A stretch of DNA of 64,000 nucleotides, from contig OZ038378.1 of NCBI GenBank assembly GCA_964036045.1, positions 5,952,001-6,016,000 of the forward strand, written 5' to 3'. Below, piece after piece: positions 1 through 54,300 of this stretch; position 1 is the stretch's first letter, and each line of letters opens with the position of its first letter. The notes under the pieces were generated by a model. It had not been told where the DNA came from and ran no database searches. It was given only the letters and a program-made list of their open reading frames with translations. The DNA is from Eutreptiella sp. 'Long Island Sound 2002'. Lineage: Eukaryota; Protista; Euglenida. Position numbers and translations under genes: made by a program.

Positions 1-3000
1 TGGGGGTACACAATATGGCTAATTAACGAGGGTTCGTATTAAGTACTCGTGTCGTGTAGACGAATCAAAGTGGGTACATCACAACTGCCTTGTCGGGGTC
101 CCCAACGTGAGGAGGAATCAAAATGGCAAGATCACAAGCATGAAATCATAGTCCGCAGAATGGGAAGGGATGAAAGTAGCTACATCACGGCTAGCTTCTG
201 TGGCTGCCAACTTGTACATTGGGCAAAGAACCGCCGCCTTTGGGAGGTCCAAAACACTGAGGATTCATAGTAGCTATATGGCTACATAACCCCTGCCCTT
301 CGAGGGTCGGCTCAATGGGGAGGACTCAATTTTCCTACATCGCCGCTACGCTCTTGCGCTCCCCAACGTGGGGAGGAATCAAGGCGAATAAATCACCGAT
401 GTCCGCTCGTGGTGGCCAAAGTTGGTAGCGGCAACATCATCAATGCCTGCGCTGGCCACCAAAGTCAAGGTTGATTTATATTGGCCACGCCACCGGTGCC
501 TTCTTGACGTCCTAGTATCTAGGTCCATGCCCTTGGTATCGTAGTGGTGCATAACCCCGGACTTTTTAGGGTGCACAAAGTGGGGAGGAGTCAATACGGT
601 TGCATAACCACTGCCGTTTACCGTACCCTGAATTGGGTAGGAATCAAGGTAGCTACATCACCCTTCCCTTCTCACGCTGCCCAATTCAAGGGTGATTTAT
701 ATTGGCTACATCACCCGCACCTTCCGCAGGTCTGAAAGTGGGGAGGAATCAAAGTGGCAACCTCACATCCGCCGTTCCAACATGGGGAGGGAATCACGCG
801 GAAATGTCAAAAGATGATTTTCTCAAGATCATCAAAGTTGGAGAGCAGTCAAACTAATTGCATAACCCTACCCTCTAGGGGACGACACTACTGCCACCTT
901 GTCTTGGGGCCCAAACTGCGATGAATCACATTTGCCTCATCACCCCTACCTTCGTGATTTTTCAAAGTCGAAGACCAATCAAAGTGGCCGGATCGGTACC
1001 CAAACTGAATAGGAATCAAAGTGCTTACACAAGCCTAACTTTCTGGGCCCTTCAGAGTGCAAAGGAAGCAAAGTTGCCACAGAAACCCTGCCTTCTCGGG
1101 GTCCACAAAGTGTGAGGGAAAAGAGGAGGCTGCATCATCGTTGCCTTTGCAAGTACCCAAAAAGGGGGAGGAAACAAGGTGACCACATCAGCCTACCTTA
1201 TTTAAGCCCCCAAAGTGGGAGGAATGCAAGTGACTACATGATTCCCAAACTGAGGTGGAAAGAATGGAAGTGGCGGAAAGCCATTGCCTTCTCAACATAC
1301 CCAAAATGGAGAGGAATCAAAGTGGCTGTTGAGGGGCCAAGTACGGAAGAAATCAACCGGTGACATCACCCCTGCCTTCTCGCGGTCCAGAATGTGGGGA
1401 GGAACCAATGTACCCGCACCTCCTCCAGGTTCCCGCAACCAATGCCTTCTTGGGCCGCAGAAAGCGCAAGGACTTGAAAATGGCTACATGTCTATGCATT
1501 GGCGAGGTCCAAAAGCAAGGAGGAACCCCTGTTGGCGGCACAACCGCTACCTTCTCTGGGTCCCTAAAGTGGGGAGGAATGCAGGTGGTGACACAACCCT
1601 TGCCTGATTGCGGCCCCCAAGTTGGAAGGATATGGACGTGGCGGAACAACCTATGCGTTCTGTAGGTACCCGAAGTGAAGAGGAATCATGGTGGCTTTAT
1701 GAGCCACTCCTACTAGTCCTGAAAATGGAGAGCAATTCAATAGTCTACGTACATAGCCACTATCTTCTCGGCGTTCCTAGGGTGGTCATATTCAAAGTGT
1801 ATACATAAAAGCCACTTTATGAGTGTTCCCACTACCGCCGCTTTCTTCGGACATGCAAAGCCTGACGCAAAGTGGGAGAACTCAAGAGTGGATGTATATT
1901 TGTTGCCTTGTCGCGGTGCTAAAAGCAAGGAACAATGGCAATACCTATAATCACCCGTTGCCTTGGGCTCTTGAGTGTTGCGGGGAATGAAGGTTGCTTC
2001 ATACCCCTTGCCTTCTGGATTCCCCAAAGTGGGGAGGAATCGGGGCATAACCAGCGCTTGCTGCACGTCCCCATAGAGGGTTCGACGAGAAGTGGCGGAT
2101 TCATCCATGGCTTCTCAAGATACGCAAAGTGGAGAGGAAACAAAGCGGCCACAAAAACCCGTGCCTTCTCGGGGTTCCCAAAGTGGAGACAAATTCGAAA
2201 GGATACATCACCCTTGCCTTCTCGGGTCCCGAATGTGCGAAGGAATCAAGGTGGGTACATACCCCTCCCCCCCCCCCCCGTCCTAAGGGGTGCAGCTACC
2301 GTTAACTACCTTCTTGGGGTGACCATGCTGGGGAGACTCACAAATGGCTATATGATGGTTGCTTTGACCAACTGCCCAAAGAAAGGAGTAGCAACAGTGG
2401 CAATTATCACTGCGGCCATCGCGAGGTCCCAGAGGTTGGAAGGAATGAAGGTTCCTACATAACCTCTGCCTTCTTAGTTCCCCAAGCCGCGGAGGAATGC
2501 AGGTCGCTACATACTCCTTGCTTTCCCGGGGCCACCATATTGGGGACAAAGAGAAGTGACGGATTCATCCATGCCTTCTCAAGGTACCCAAAGCGGAGAG
2601 GAATCAAAGTGGCTACATGACCCCTACCTTCTCGGGGTCCCCAAAATGAGGACGACTTCAATTAGCTAAATCCTTACTGCCTTGTCCGGCCCTCCCCGCA
2701 TGTGGGGACGAAGCAAGGCGACAATATCGCCATTGCCTGCCAGGCGTCCCTAGTTGTAAAGCAATCAAAGTTTCTACACTAGCCTTCCTTTATCAACGTT
2801 CCCTTGCCTTTGCACGGCAACGACTTTTGGAAGGAATGAAAGTGGCTACATTATCCTTGCATTCCGAGTGTTCCCAACGTTGGGGCAAATGCAATGGGCT
2901 ACCCGAACCTTGGCTTCTCAGGGTAAGTACAACCGCCATGAATAAAAAGGCCAAACTCACCCCTAGGTTGGGGGCTTCCCGAAACGGGGATAAAATCCTT

Positions 3001-3420
3001 TGTGTAGATTAGCCCTGCAATCGGAACCTGTACAAAATGTGCAGGAATCAAACTTGCTACATACCCATTGCCTTTGCATGGTAATGAAATTGGCGGGCAC
3101 TAAAATTAGCGAATATTCCACACAAAACGTCAGTCTTCGGGTCCCCAAACGGCCAAGCAATTGAAAGCAAGTATAATACGACTAGCTTCCAAGATCCACA
3201 AAATGGAAACAAAGAAAGTGGTTGCATACCACTTATCTTCTCTAGGCTACCGCTACCAATGTGATCTTGGGATCCCCAAAGTGGGATTGCTGAACATTGC
3301 TATCGAACACGTGTTCGTTCAAGGTCCCCAACCTCTAGAGGAATAAAAATGACTACCTTATTGCCGCCTTCTCTGCCTTCTCGTGGCCCCCAAAGTGGAT
3401 TGCATAATCAATGGTGTGGG
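1..3420. repeat. Highly diverged ~53-bp tandem satellite, continuing past the left edge
   Basis: Recurring consensus GGAATCAAAGTGGCTACATCACCCCTGCCTTCTCGGGGTCCCCAAAGTGGGGA; near-consensus units at ~1355-1405 and ~2600-2650. ORFs here are short and family-less. Confidence 0.85.
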
Positions 3421-6148
3421 GAATTGATCATAGTTTGGTGATGTTGTTCTTTAGCACTCGGTATTCATACCATCAATTTCAGGCTACTGAGTAGCTTTTA
3501 ATCAATTTATAGCTTCATTCTTTGTATGTCCCAAGTAGACCGCACTATACCGCAAACCTTCCGTGCAAATCACGTTGCACAAGCCGAAGGATGAGAATTC
3601 AACGACACAAAATGCCACTCCCACCACTTCCAACCACCACCCTTGCCATCATCATAAATTGGGGGCAAAGGACGGGCCAGATTTTTAGACATGGCAAGAA
3701 GGTGCTCCACATTGTTTGATGAGGGAAAAAATAGGCACGGGTGGGAATGGTAAAAAAAAAGATGCCCAGCGCTAATACTCCCCCTTTATATCGGGCGGAA
3801 GACTTTGACGGAAGCCCACCAAGAATATAATGATGTGCATGGCTTTTATCGTGCAACGGTGGAACACTTCTTTGCTCGCTTGTATGGAACATTGTCCGAA
3901 ATGCGTGGAAAGGTTTTGCGGCGCATTTGCACAGTTGTGTGTGTGTTTTGCTTCATCTCACTCAATTTTGTGTCTATAAACAGATCAGGTATCGGCCCTA
4001 TGGACCTTGGCCTCATGTGCCTAACTCTGTGTGGGCACAAGACGAGGCTACCGACGAAGAGAAGGAAAAGTGACGACAGTGTTTGTTGGTGATATATCAC
4101 AGCATGGCAATTGCCACTTGAATGTGTGTGGTGGTTGCATTCCGCTGCATAGTTGTACATTACAACACTAATGAGATGTTCATAGGTACATCAAAGTACC
4201 AAATTGGCAGTGGTTCAATGCGTATCCTATTGGCCCTGTTGCTTTCCCGTGTTGTATATAGGTGGCATGGGGGTTTTTACTACGATGTGCACGCAGTGCA
4301 AAAACTTGGCCAATGGGGGCAGCCTGCGCAACAAAGCAGGCAGGCCTGCTCAATGGGGTAGGAAATGAGTTGCTCAGCGCGGCATGCAGCTTCCTACTCA
4401 ATGGGGCACGCACGGGCCGTTGAAAGCATTGGAAGGTTGCAATGTAGCAATGGGGCAATGGGCAAGGTTCTTCGCTTGCCTGTGGTAGGGGAAATCACAG
4501 AAATCACGGGAATGCACACCAGCATTGCAATTGCTTTCACAGCTTGGTTGGTACATGTATGGTTACCGTTGTTGTTATTTTCCTCCCCCCTTCAGTTTGT
4601 CCATGTCTTCGGCTGATCAATCTACAGCCCCCGCGCAAAAGAACGCAAAAGGTGTTGTAACGTGGCTCCAAGATGAGTGCATGTAGCTGAGCACAACAAT
4701 TTCTGGTTGTCATGGAAAATTGGGGTGAGCACATGTGGTGTATCCTTCTAGGCAGATTGACTGCAAAGAGAACTCCACGGCTACGAAGCATTTGAAGAGT
4801 GGGGGCCACAAGAAACATGCCGAACAGATGAAAAAAGGTGTCACACTCCTAGGTCAATTTAGAAACACATACCACGAAGGATGTAATCAATATTTTTTTT
4901 GGGAGTCCAAGCTGCCACTTTTGTGGAGGGCTGTGGCTCCACGTTTATGGTACCTTGTGACAGCCACTGCAATTGAGGTCCTTTAGCTTGGCCACATTGA
5001 TTGATGTTAAAAACAAGGCAGAAAATGGGTAGGGAATTGTGTGAAGCTGGTACAACCATGTCCTGCAACGGTGCACAAACCCTTGTAGGACGTGATGACC
5101 GTCTCTACAAAGCAGTCTACACACCCGTTGTGCACCTAACAGCAAGCATAAAGAGACCACACGCAATTGTTGTACATACATGCCTCCTCACACGAAGAAG
5201 GTCAATTTCTGGTTTGTAATTGTCTCGCCGCCCATGTGTGGCAAGCCAATGGAGAAGAGGCAGCTGCAATAGTACGGGGTTAATGGGGGCATCGAAGGCC
5301 TAGATGTCAAGGAGTTGGCCAAGACCGGCTTCGCAGAGGGAGGTGGGGCCAAATGGGGCGATGTGGGCCAGAGCCTTAGTCAAAGAGGGAGTGTTTGGCT
5401 GTGGGGACAGGCTACCGCCTCATGGTTGCAGACCTGGTCTAGACCTAGTCTGTGTGCCCTCCACAGCCCTGCATGGCTCCGGCACCCGGCCACCGCTTCC
5501 TAGCAGTCGGACCGGCCCACAGAGCTGCTCCCACCCAACTACCGTGCCTAGCAAAGCACAATATTTCTCATATTGGTTAGGCACCTGCCCGTCCCCTCCC
5601 ACCGATAGCCGCCAATGTGGTCAGGTGGTGGGGGTTGTGCGGTCACCCCTTCCCCCCGTTAGCCGCCGAGATGGCAAGGCCGTCGGGTCTGCAGTTTTCC
5701 ACCCCTTCCTCCTCTCCCCACCTCCAGCATGCTCCTACACTGGGTCCCAAATCTTGTAAATGCGGTGTCGCCCCGGGGGGGGCGACCCCTCGGTTCTGGA
5801 CGCCAACTACCCCCCCAACTAACTGTCGGCCGGAGGCCCCTTGGGGGGGGGGGGGGGGGCCTTGGAGGGGGGGGTCTAGGAGGGGCGCCGGGGAGGGCGG
5901 TTCCCGGGGGGGGGGGGGGGGTTCCCGGGGTTCCCGTGGGGGGGGGGGGTGTCGGGCACCTCCGAACAGTTGGGTATGCGGCCCAGGTGTGATCCGACAG
6001 TTCGCACCGCCCCTTCCCACAATAGAGGGTAGGGTATCATCGGCTTGGGTATTCCCAGCCACACTGGGAACCTCAGGGGGGTGGGCTCCTAAGGCGGCCA
6101 TGGGATTAGAGTTACTCCATGCCACAAGACATACATACATGCATACAA

Positions 6149-6150
<2 letters not shown>

Positions 6151-6186
<36 letters not shown>

Positions 6187-6196
6187 TCATATATAT
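6151..6196. repeat. (TA)n microsatellite
   Basis: Direct reading. Confidence 0.95.
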
Positions 6197-6309
6197 AGGG
6201 GTTGGAATGCAACTGCAAACGTGTGGTCATAGCAACTCGGGGCGGTGGCCTCGGACCACACCGCCATGATGGTACATCACCCCTCCCCGCTTACACCACA
6301 CTTGCAGCA

Positions 6310-6835
6310 GCCTTCTCCCCAAACGTCTCGAGAAATGAAAAAGAAGGGCCTAAAATCAGAACTCAAAACCTACGCCGGGGGGGCACCCTGATGCACCACG
6401 CAACGAAGCGTGGATTCAAAGATTGTCCCGGTTTCCTCAATAGCACCGGACGGTTGGGGCCCAGAAGAGGGCGGAAATGCTACATCACCCCTGCATTCTC
6501 GGGGGTCCCCAACAAAGGGAACAAAATCAGAACTCAAAACCTACGCCGGGGGGGCACCCTGATGCACCACGCAACGAAGCGTGGATTCAAAGATTGTCCC
6601 GGTTTCCTCAATAGCACCGGACAGAATTGGCCCACCTGTGGGCAAACTGGCTACGTCACCCCTGTCGTCTCGGGGATCCCCACCGCTATAGAGTTGGGGG
6701 GCAGAATCAGAATTGGCCCACTTGTGGGCAAGGTGGCTACATAACCCCTGCCGCCTAGGGGATCCCCACCGCCTCAGAGCGGGGGGCAGAATCAGAAAAA
6801 GGCCCACAAGTGGGCAAGATGGCTACATAACCCCG
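6310..6835. repeat. 171-bp and 86-bp tandem units related to the 53-bp satellite
   Basis: 98-bp block repeated at ~6353 and ~6524 (171 apart); GGCTAC(G/A)T(C/A)ACCCC at 6649, 6735 and 6821 (86 apart), sharing its 5' part with the 53-mer. Confidence 0.85.
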
Positions 6836-7759
6836 TTGGGCGCCTTCGGCGCTCGTTGGCTCCTTGGGCTCATACCTTTGACAACTAACTGTCGGCCGGA
6901 GGCCCCTAGGGGGGGGGGGGGGGGGTAGTTGGCGTCCTAGGACCCGCGGAGTCGCCCCCCCCCCGGGGGTGTCGCCCAAGATCATGTCATCCAGACGTGG
7001 CGGCTTCCACTCAGTGGGAGTGGTAACAACACACATTCAACAAGTCAGGCCCCAGCAACTACCAGAAAGTACTCCCAGTGGCTCTCTATCAGAATCCGAC
7101 CATCAAAACAAAATTCCGGAAAATGCGGGTAATTGCAGGAAATGGCGGACTGCCATCCGGGACTGGGCCACATCAACATAACACATGTACTGAAGCCCCA
7201 CACCACCTACCACCTGCGCAGCACGTAGGACCATACCAACTCAGGCACGCGCCGGTCAAACTACCATACTACCCCATGGACCCGCAAGGGCCCCTGGAAG
7301 CACACCACCAACAAAACCTGCACCACCCAAAAAGCCAGTACTTGGCCAACAGCCCATGCGCACGTGACACCTCACCAACACCTGAAGCGTCATGCATTGA
7401 GTGAATTTCCATGGGAGACAACACAGAGTAGTTGCCACCAAGAACCATTTTAGGGCTTTTGGTGGTGTGGTGTGTATGGGGCCTGGGCTAATCTCAAACT
7501 GCCCATGCCAATCAATAAAAATCCGTCCACTGAGAAACCCTCTGGTGAAGGCAATGCATTCAGGCACATGTGACTTGCTTGCACAACTCAGGGGGCTTTG
7601 GGGTTGAGCTTGAAGCTTAGCGAAGGTCAGTGGAAAGTGTGGGTTTGACCTCCCAAGGCTGAATGTAGGTCACTGTTTCAAATCTTAATATCCGCCCCCA
7701 ATCCACTGGTGGCAGCCAAAATGCATGAAGGCCATGCAGACAGGGTGTGAGGAGGATTA

Positions 7760-7924
7760 CCTTCCCCCCCCCATGTCCATCCCCCCCAAGGGACGACGGT
7801 TCCCCCCCACCCGGGGGGAACCGTCACCACCTGTGATTTCCTATTGATTTCTTATTGTTCATGGGCAAAGTGACGGTTCCCCCCCTGGGGGGGGGCGATG
7901 GACACGGGGGGGGGGGGGGGAAGG
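7760..7924. mobile_element. 165-bp MITE with TA target duplication (Tc1/mariner-type)
   Basis: TIR CCTTCCCCCCCCC..TGTCCATC / GATGGACA..GGGGGGGGAAGG; TA at 7758-7759 and 7925-7926; internal GACGGTTCCCCCC boxes in both orientations. Confidence 0.7.
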
Positions 7925-8029
7925 TACTTGCACCGCGCGCGCACCACAGAACGTGTTGGCACAAACTATGGGGAAACACTCATTCCTTGGTTCCTTGGTT
8001 CCTTAATGCTCACGCACTGCCCACACTCG

Positions 8030-8361
8030 GCATGGGTTGGCTGAATATTGGCAATTTTGGGTTGCCCACCAACGACCCCCGGGGCATTTGGTGACAAGGG
8101 CAGTAGATATAAGGCCATGGGGAACGCTAATCCTGTGGCACGCCCTGTGGCGTGCAATTTGGGTGTTTAACATGGAACATGTTACATTGTTCCTTTTGTG
8201 AACGGTCTTTTTGAATGGGGAGTGGTGATCGCAAAAGTTTTGTCATTTTGAGTATTGTGCCTGGCCATTGTGCTTGTTTGACCTACTTCCTACTTTTGAC
8301 AGGGAGACTTGCCAAGGGCAGTTGATGGGTTGCCAATGCACTGTTGAGTTTGGTGTGCATC
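8030..8361. repeat. Dispersed repeat, intact copy (a second copy is split by the YR retroelement)
   Basis: Reverse complement of 8254-8361 matches 39252-39359; reverse complement of ~8030-8253 matches 43171-~43417. Confidence 0.85.
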
Positions 8362-9057
8362 GCGGAGGCGGAGATAATGGTGGGAGGCGGCACCCTATCA
8401 CCATTTGATCGGCTGCAGGTGACAGTGATGCCCGCTAGAAGCCATGAAAGAGACATGGGTGAAACTGTAAAGGGACACAGTGCAGTATGCATGGTAATAC
8501 ATTTTACAGCTTGGAGACACATGCACTTGACCGTCAAATAGGTGGGTAGGTCTATGAAATCACCTGAATACACGCACCGCGCGCGCACCGTGTGTGCACC
8601 GCGCGCGCACCGCGTATAGGACTCCATCCAAAACATACTCTGACCAGGACATCGAAAACCCCATTTTAATTGGATATTTGCACCCCAAGAATTACCCTGA
8701 ACAACGGATGACAAAGAGTGCCAAAAATTTTGCCTGAATCAGGACATCTGGGCTGATGTAGCCGGGACACCAATGGCGAGACTGATCATGGCCACATGGT
8801 TCCAGGGATCCCGCAGCTGATTTTCAGGGCATCAACATGAAGAACAAAGGACACCCGCTCTGGGGCTGGCACTGGAAAAGTACCGGCAAAGTGAAGGCCA
8901 AGGACGAGGATGGAAGGTGGAGGGCTAACGGGCTGACGACCAATTCATTCGACAGCTGCGGCAAGAACAATGTGCCCCCAAGTGTCACTAAATGACGACC
9001 CAAGCCTGTGCCTGTGGCCGACTACGGGTCGTCGCGAAAAAGCAAAAACGCCATTCT

Positions 9058-49437
<40,380 letters not shown>

Positions 49438-51392
49438 GTTCAGGACAAATCCAGGGCCACAATGTGAGCTAGTGAACCACCGTCAGTCGACTGCCAATTA
49501 CTACTGCCAGTCCCCCGCTGCGGACTGCCCCCGAAAGGCCGCAAAGGCCAGAAGCAGATTCCCCCAACAAACGCCCTGAGAATAAGTGGATTCAAACGTG
49601 GGGCCCATGGTTGTCCACTGTGTTGATTCTTCCGGGGGGTTCAGCATTCAGCTCTCTTGCCAGCTTCTGACGCGATCGCCACCTTCGACCCAATCGTGCA
49701 GCCCCACCCGCTATTCCAGTGTCATGGGTTCCATACTTAAGATTACAAAGAGCCTCAGCAGCAGACATGGGTAAGCGGGATGTTCACGGTGGCTACAAAC
49801 TGTATGTCAGATATGGGGCTGGCTCAGTGGTAGAGATATGCTTCGGTCAGAAGAGGTGGATTCTCACACCACTTTGCTCAATTCCCATCGGCCGTGCCAA
49901 GGTGAGTGGGTGCCTGCCTCCTGAGCTGGACCCCCTCCCCCCTGAGGTAGGGGTTCCTGCCCTTAAAAGGTGCCTGCTTCCCCAAGGACTTGATCCCCCC
50001 TCCGCCGCCCCTCCGGCACTGACAACAGACTGGACCCTTGTCATGATGCCCATTGGCCCTGATGGAGGGAATCAGTGTTATTGTGGCCTCTTTGGGACCC
50101 CTTTGAGCACCTGCTGAAGTCGCACACCCCATGACGTGCAAGATACACGTAGACGTACAGGAACGCCCCCCCCTTGCAGTCCATAGACAAAAAGAATATT
50201 GCTTTTTTCACAATGACTCTCACAGGAGGGAGAAGGCTGTGTAGAAGGCTGCGAGGCAAGCAGAATGCAGCCCGTACCAATGCAGACGCCACAGAGCAGC
50301 TTACCAGCACTGTAGCAGCTACAGCTGCAGAGAAGGGGACGAGACCGCACGATGCTGCAACGGGGCCACGTTTCATCGCAGCTGCAGAGCAAGGCCTCGA
50401 AGGCAGCCCCCTACCCTCACAGCACCCTTGTGAAGCCCTTTTTTTCGTGGGTTGGATATCCGGGGGGGGGGGGGGGCGGTCTGCCTGCCTTTGTTCCCAA
50501 TCATGGGTGCCTCCCCCCGGTAGGTGGGTAGGCCAACAGTCGGTGAGGGTTGTTTTTTTCAGGTAGCTTCGGAACCATAGGTCACCTTGTGTCTGAAAGT
50601 CGGATGCCATACCCTATTAATAGCCCCTCCAAGCCCTCTGCAGGACCAAATACCCATAAATACCATCCAATATTCTTTTTTGAGTCCTATTTCCCAAAGG
50701 GGGGGGGGGTCATCTACTTCCTACCCAAAAAGGAATGCGGTGACCGGGAGAGGGGGCAGGATAAAATGGTGGTTACATGTGTGGGTACACATGGACTGCG
50801 AGGGCAGCATTTTTTCGTCGTGCAGTTGGTCACTGCTGATAGGATCCTACAGAAGTACAAAAATAGCCAAACACCAGGACAAACATACATAGGCATACAT
50901 TTAATACATGCACGCACACAGCACAACTCACTTAATCTTGGAACACACAGACAAAACTCAGGTGTGGGTTTTCAAGTCTCCAGACTGTTTTCTCCTCTGA
51001 AGACCTTCTGTCCCTCAAGGTGCTTCCTTGTTGAGGCACAATCCATCGTACATTGTCCACAGTACATACATGTATGCAGCACACGGTACATGGTACATGC
51101 ACGGATTGCACATAACATGAGGGGACCATGGGTCTGTTACTTGGCGCGAAATAGCCCAGAGCCGAAGCGCGACATTTATACCGTGATGATTGGGAAAGTT
51201 GGTCCAGAGAAGGGAGGCTCATGACAGCTTCGAAATGAAAGACATTCCTGAGGGCTTGAAAATGCCACAAAATGTGCACCACAGCTTTGTGTTAGTCCAA
51301 GTGTATTGGGTGCAGGCCGTTTCCAAGGGCTGTCTGCAAAGAAACATGAACACTTTTTCTCAAGGACGACTCAAGGACGACCCTGTCCACAC

Positions 51393-54300
51393 CTGCATCA
51401 GCTTCTGAACAAGGTCACCTTTTTCAATGCAGTCCTCGTAACTCACCCCCAACGCGTCTAGATCTGCCTTCAGATCTTTCATGGACTTGACCTCAAGGCT
51501 GCTCTTCAGTTTCTCATTCGTACTCTGATACATGGGGCTTGCCTGTCGCGGCTGCTGGGCACTTGAAGGTGTATTGGCTGCATCGTATCGGAGTTGGAAC
51601 AACTCATCCATGAGCTTGACCTTGTCCTTTGTGTCAGGGACTCGGCCGTAGCTCTTAATCTCCCTGATAATTTGCGCAACCTGCAATAGGTTTTGGGCTG
51701 TGATGCACAGCAGCTGTTGGCAGATGCACTGCAATCTGCTCGCCCCGATCTGGCGCACTGGCCCGGGGCTGCAGGACTCCACAGCAACAGGGTTGCCCAC
51801 ACCCGGACCTACAAGCGCTATGCATTCTGCTTTGGTGGGCCCAAAGCCGCAGGGGGTCCCTACAGAGGGAGCAGCACACAACAACGGGCAGAGGCAGAGG
51901 GGCATTGCAGAATGAGCAGTGCAGAACAAATGGCATAGAGAACGGTATACAGGAATGCTAAACAGCACGTACTCGCACTGCGTCACAAATATTCGGAACT
52001 TGTTCGGAAAGACCAGAAATAGCCACACAAACAGCACCACGCCAGCGCAGGCACCCAACGGCCCGGGAACAGAAACAGGCATGCATCATCACAAATCGAG
52101 AAGCAATATGAAGAAGACAGGCAGGAGGTGGGGGGGGGGGGGCAGAATGGGAACAGAGTGCAGAAGCTCCATTGATACACACGTTGAGGACGCAGTCCAC
52201 TTAATGGGCCTGCTTGAGCTTCCTTTACCTCATCATACCCCATCGGAGACCTGTATGCACTTACACACGACAGAGGGAGGGGGCTACCGTCATTTTTGCG
52301 ATGGCTGTTCTCTGCTCAATAGTCTCCTTGGTGATGGGGATCAGTTTCTTCTCTGTGTTGGAAAGCGTGTGACATTGAGGGGAAAGCCAGAAGGGCAGCA
52401 GGGATTCAAGGGAGGGTGAGGGTAGAGCGGGAGTGCCTGGCGATCTCCACCATTATCAGCACATCCTTCCTCCCTGTAGGCGTATCCCCTTGCGACATCC
52501 CAGCGCCTGGCATGGCCTGCCGTCTCCTGTCCCACTTGAAACTCACACCGGGGAGCGTTGATCAGCAGCCCTGCACAAAGACGACTGACACAGATGCCTC
52601 CAGGGATTCAAGAAAGGGTTGCTGGGGTCTCATCACATCGTTCCATGGCTTCGAGGGAAATACCCAGTCGCTCACGGGGATGCGTGTGACTTGGGGGCTG
52701 AGTCTGCCCAGGACCCCACCCCCCACCCTCCCGTTTGTCATGAGATGGGTCGCAGCAAAAAAGGTCGAAATGTTGCACCGAAGCCCAACTGAACTGGTGA
52801 CCATTGGCACAAGGCCCAGAAACGGGCACTGCAGATAGTAAAGGGTCTGTTTGTGTTGTTTGTGGTCGGCTGCTTGTGTTTAATGCAGCGTTCAAAAGGA
52901 GAGTAAAATAAAGGTGGCAAAACATGAGCAGTGCGCTGCCTAAGCATGCTGATGACGTTGACAATTTGGCAGATGTTTCTGCGGCGGACAATTCACTGTT
53001 CACCTTCCGTTCTGTCTCGTCCTTGACCCCGTACCCCATGTTGCGTGCAAACCACACGAGAGCACGTGCCAGGTCTTCAATTTCAATAGTTCCAGCAGCC
53101 TTTGGTGGAGGTGCCCGAAACGTATTCACGAGTGCCGTCTATTTCACTGTTCTCCCACGGGGCACCACCTGTGCAGTTGGGGCAGGACGCTTGGAAGGGG
53201 TCATGCAGACAGAGGTTGGGTGGCTGACGGGGGCAGGTTGGAGCTGGCTGATAGTTGCTCCTGAACGGCCGTGGCTGCAGCGGCAGCAGTTGCAACCACA
53301 CCAACAGCACTTGCAAGCACAATTCGAGCAACAGCTCGAGCAGCACATGCCAGCCAGCTCCACTGCTGGCAGGCAGCCTCAGAAAAATGTGCAATTCTCA
53401 GCATGATCGCAAACAATATTCTTTCGGCTCATGCCAAAAGAACTGACCAATAAAACCTGCATCCGCGTGCTCAAGACTTGACTACTGGGCAAACGCTCAT
53501 TGATGTCGCAATATTATTGGAGTCTGACTCACAGTACTCCACCGTAGACCCTCATTGATATCACGATATTCTGGGAATCTGGAATTCCCTCTTCAAAATG
53601 TCGTGACATGCCACGATTCGCTACAGCCTCCCCCACCCCCCACCCTGGGACCCGGAACCTCAAGGTGGCGGCAAAATTACATACCACCATGGTCCCTGCA
53701 TGCAGCATACTTCCGACATCCTCCATTTCATCCGCACTCGCTATGGATATGCTATGCATATGCCTGTATGTATGTGGCATAGGGCTGTATGCATAGCACT
53801 TGCGCCCATAAAAACCTCGGAGCTGGTACCATACATCGAAGCTGAAGTGCCATCCAGCCAGCCTCTGGGAGAGTAATTGCACCGTGCACACACCGGATGC
53901 ACGTTTTTGACGACCAGGAAGTGACCCCCTTTTCCCCATGCATAAAACGAGCCCGAAAGGAAGACAGAAATGTTGTTGCCCCAGTGCCACACATGCCAAC
54001 CCTCGTGGTTCATGACTTGGTGTAACCTCACCCCACTTCAATTCTGCCCTGGGGTCTGCGGCAGCTTCTTTGCGCACAGGCACTGCGCACGCATCGCGTC
54101 AACTGCTACCCCTCTGTGCTGGGCTGAGGCATAATGTGCTGGTGCTGGGTGCCAGAGAACCTACTGCAAAGCACACTAGTTCGCACACATCCATGCGCGC
54201 ACGCACTTCTGTCCTCCACAGAGGCAAATACTTGCCTCAAAAAAATTCCTTTCACTACATATTTTGATTACGTCGCCATTAAGACAGCGGCAATGTTCAT

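Larger units (their letters stand above)
5772..6967. mobile_element. Non-autonomous TIR element (~1.2 kb) with composite interior
   Basis: Imperfect ~45-bp TIRs (CCCGGGGGGGGGCGAC...GGACGCCAACTACCCCC and reverse complement at ~6921-6967), flanked by GGTGTCGC at 5764-5771 and 6968-6975 (TSD 8 bp, or 6 bp depending on end placement). Confidence 0.65.

Noticed and set aside
1-3420. CRISPR-like array
   Set aside because: Whole units are diverged copies of one monomer, with no constant repeat plus unique spacer and no cas genes; eukaryotic context.
3420-5220. Possible decayed viral or transposon ORF
   Set aside because: Only short stop-interrupted frames on both strands with no recognisable motif.
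49815-49865. GGGGCTGGCTCAGTGGTAGAG tRNA-like 5' half
   Set aside because: No B-box/T-arm or cloverleaf follows.
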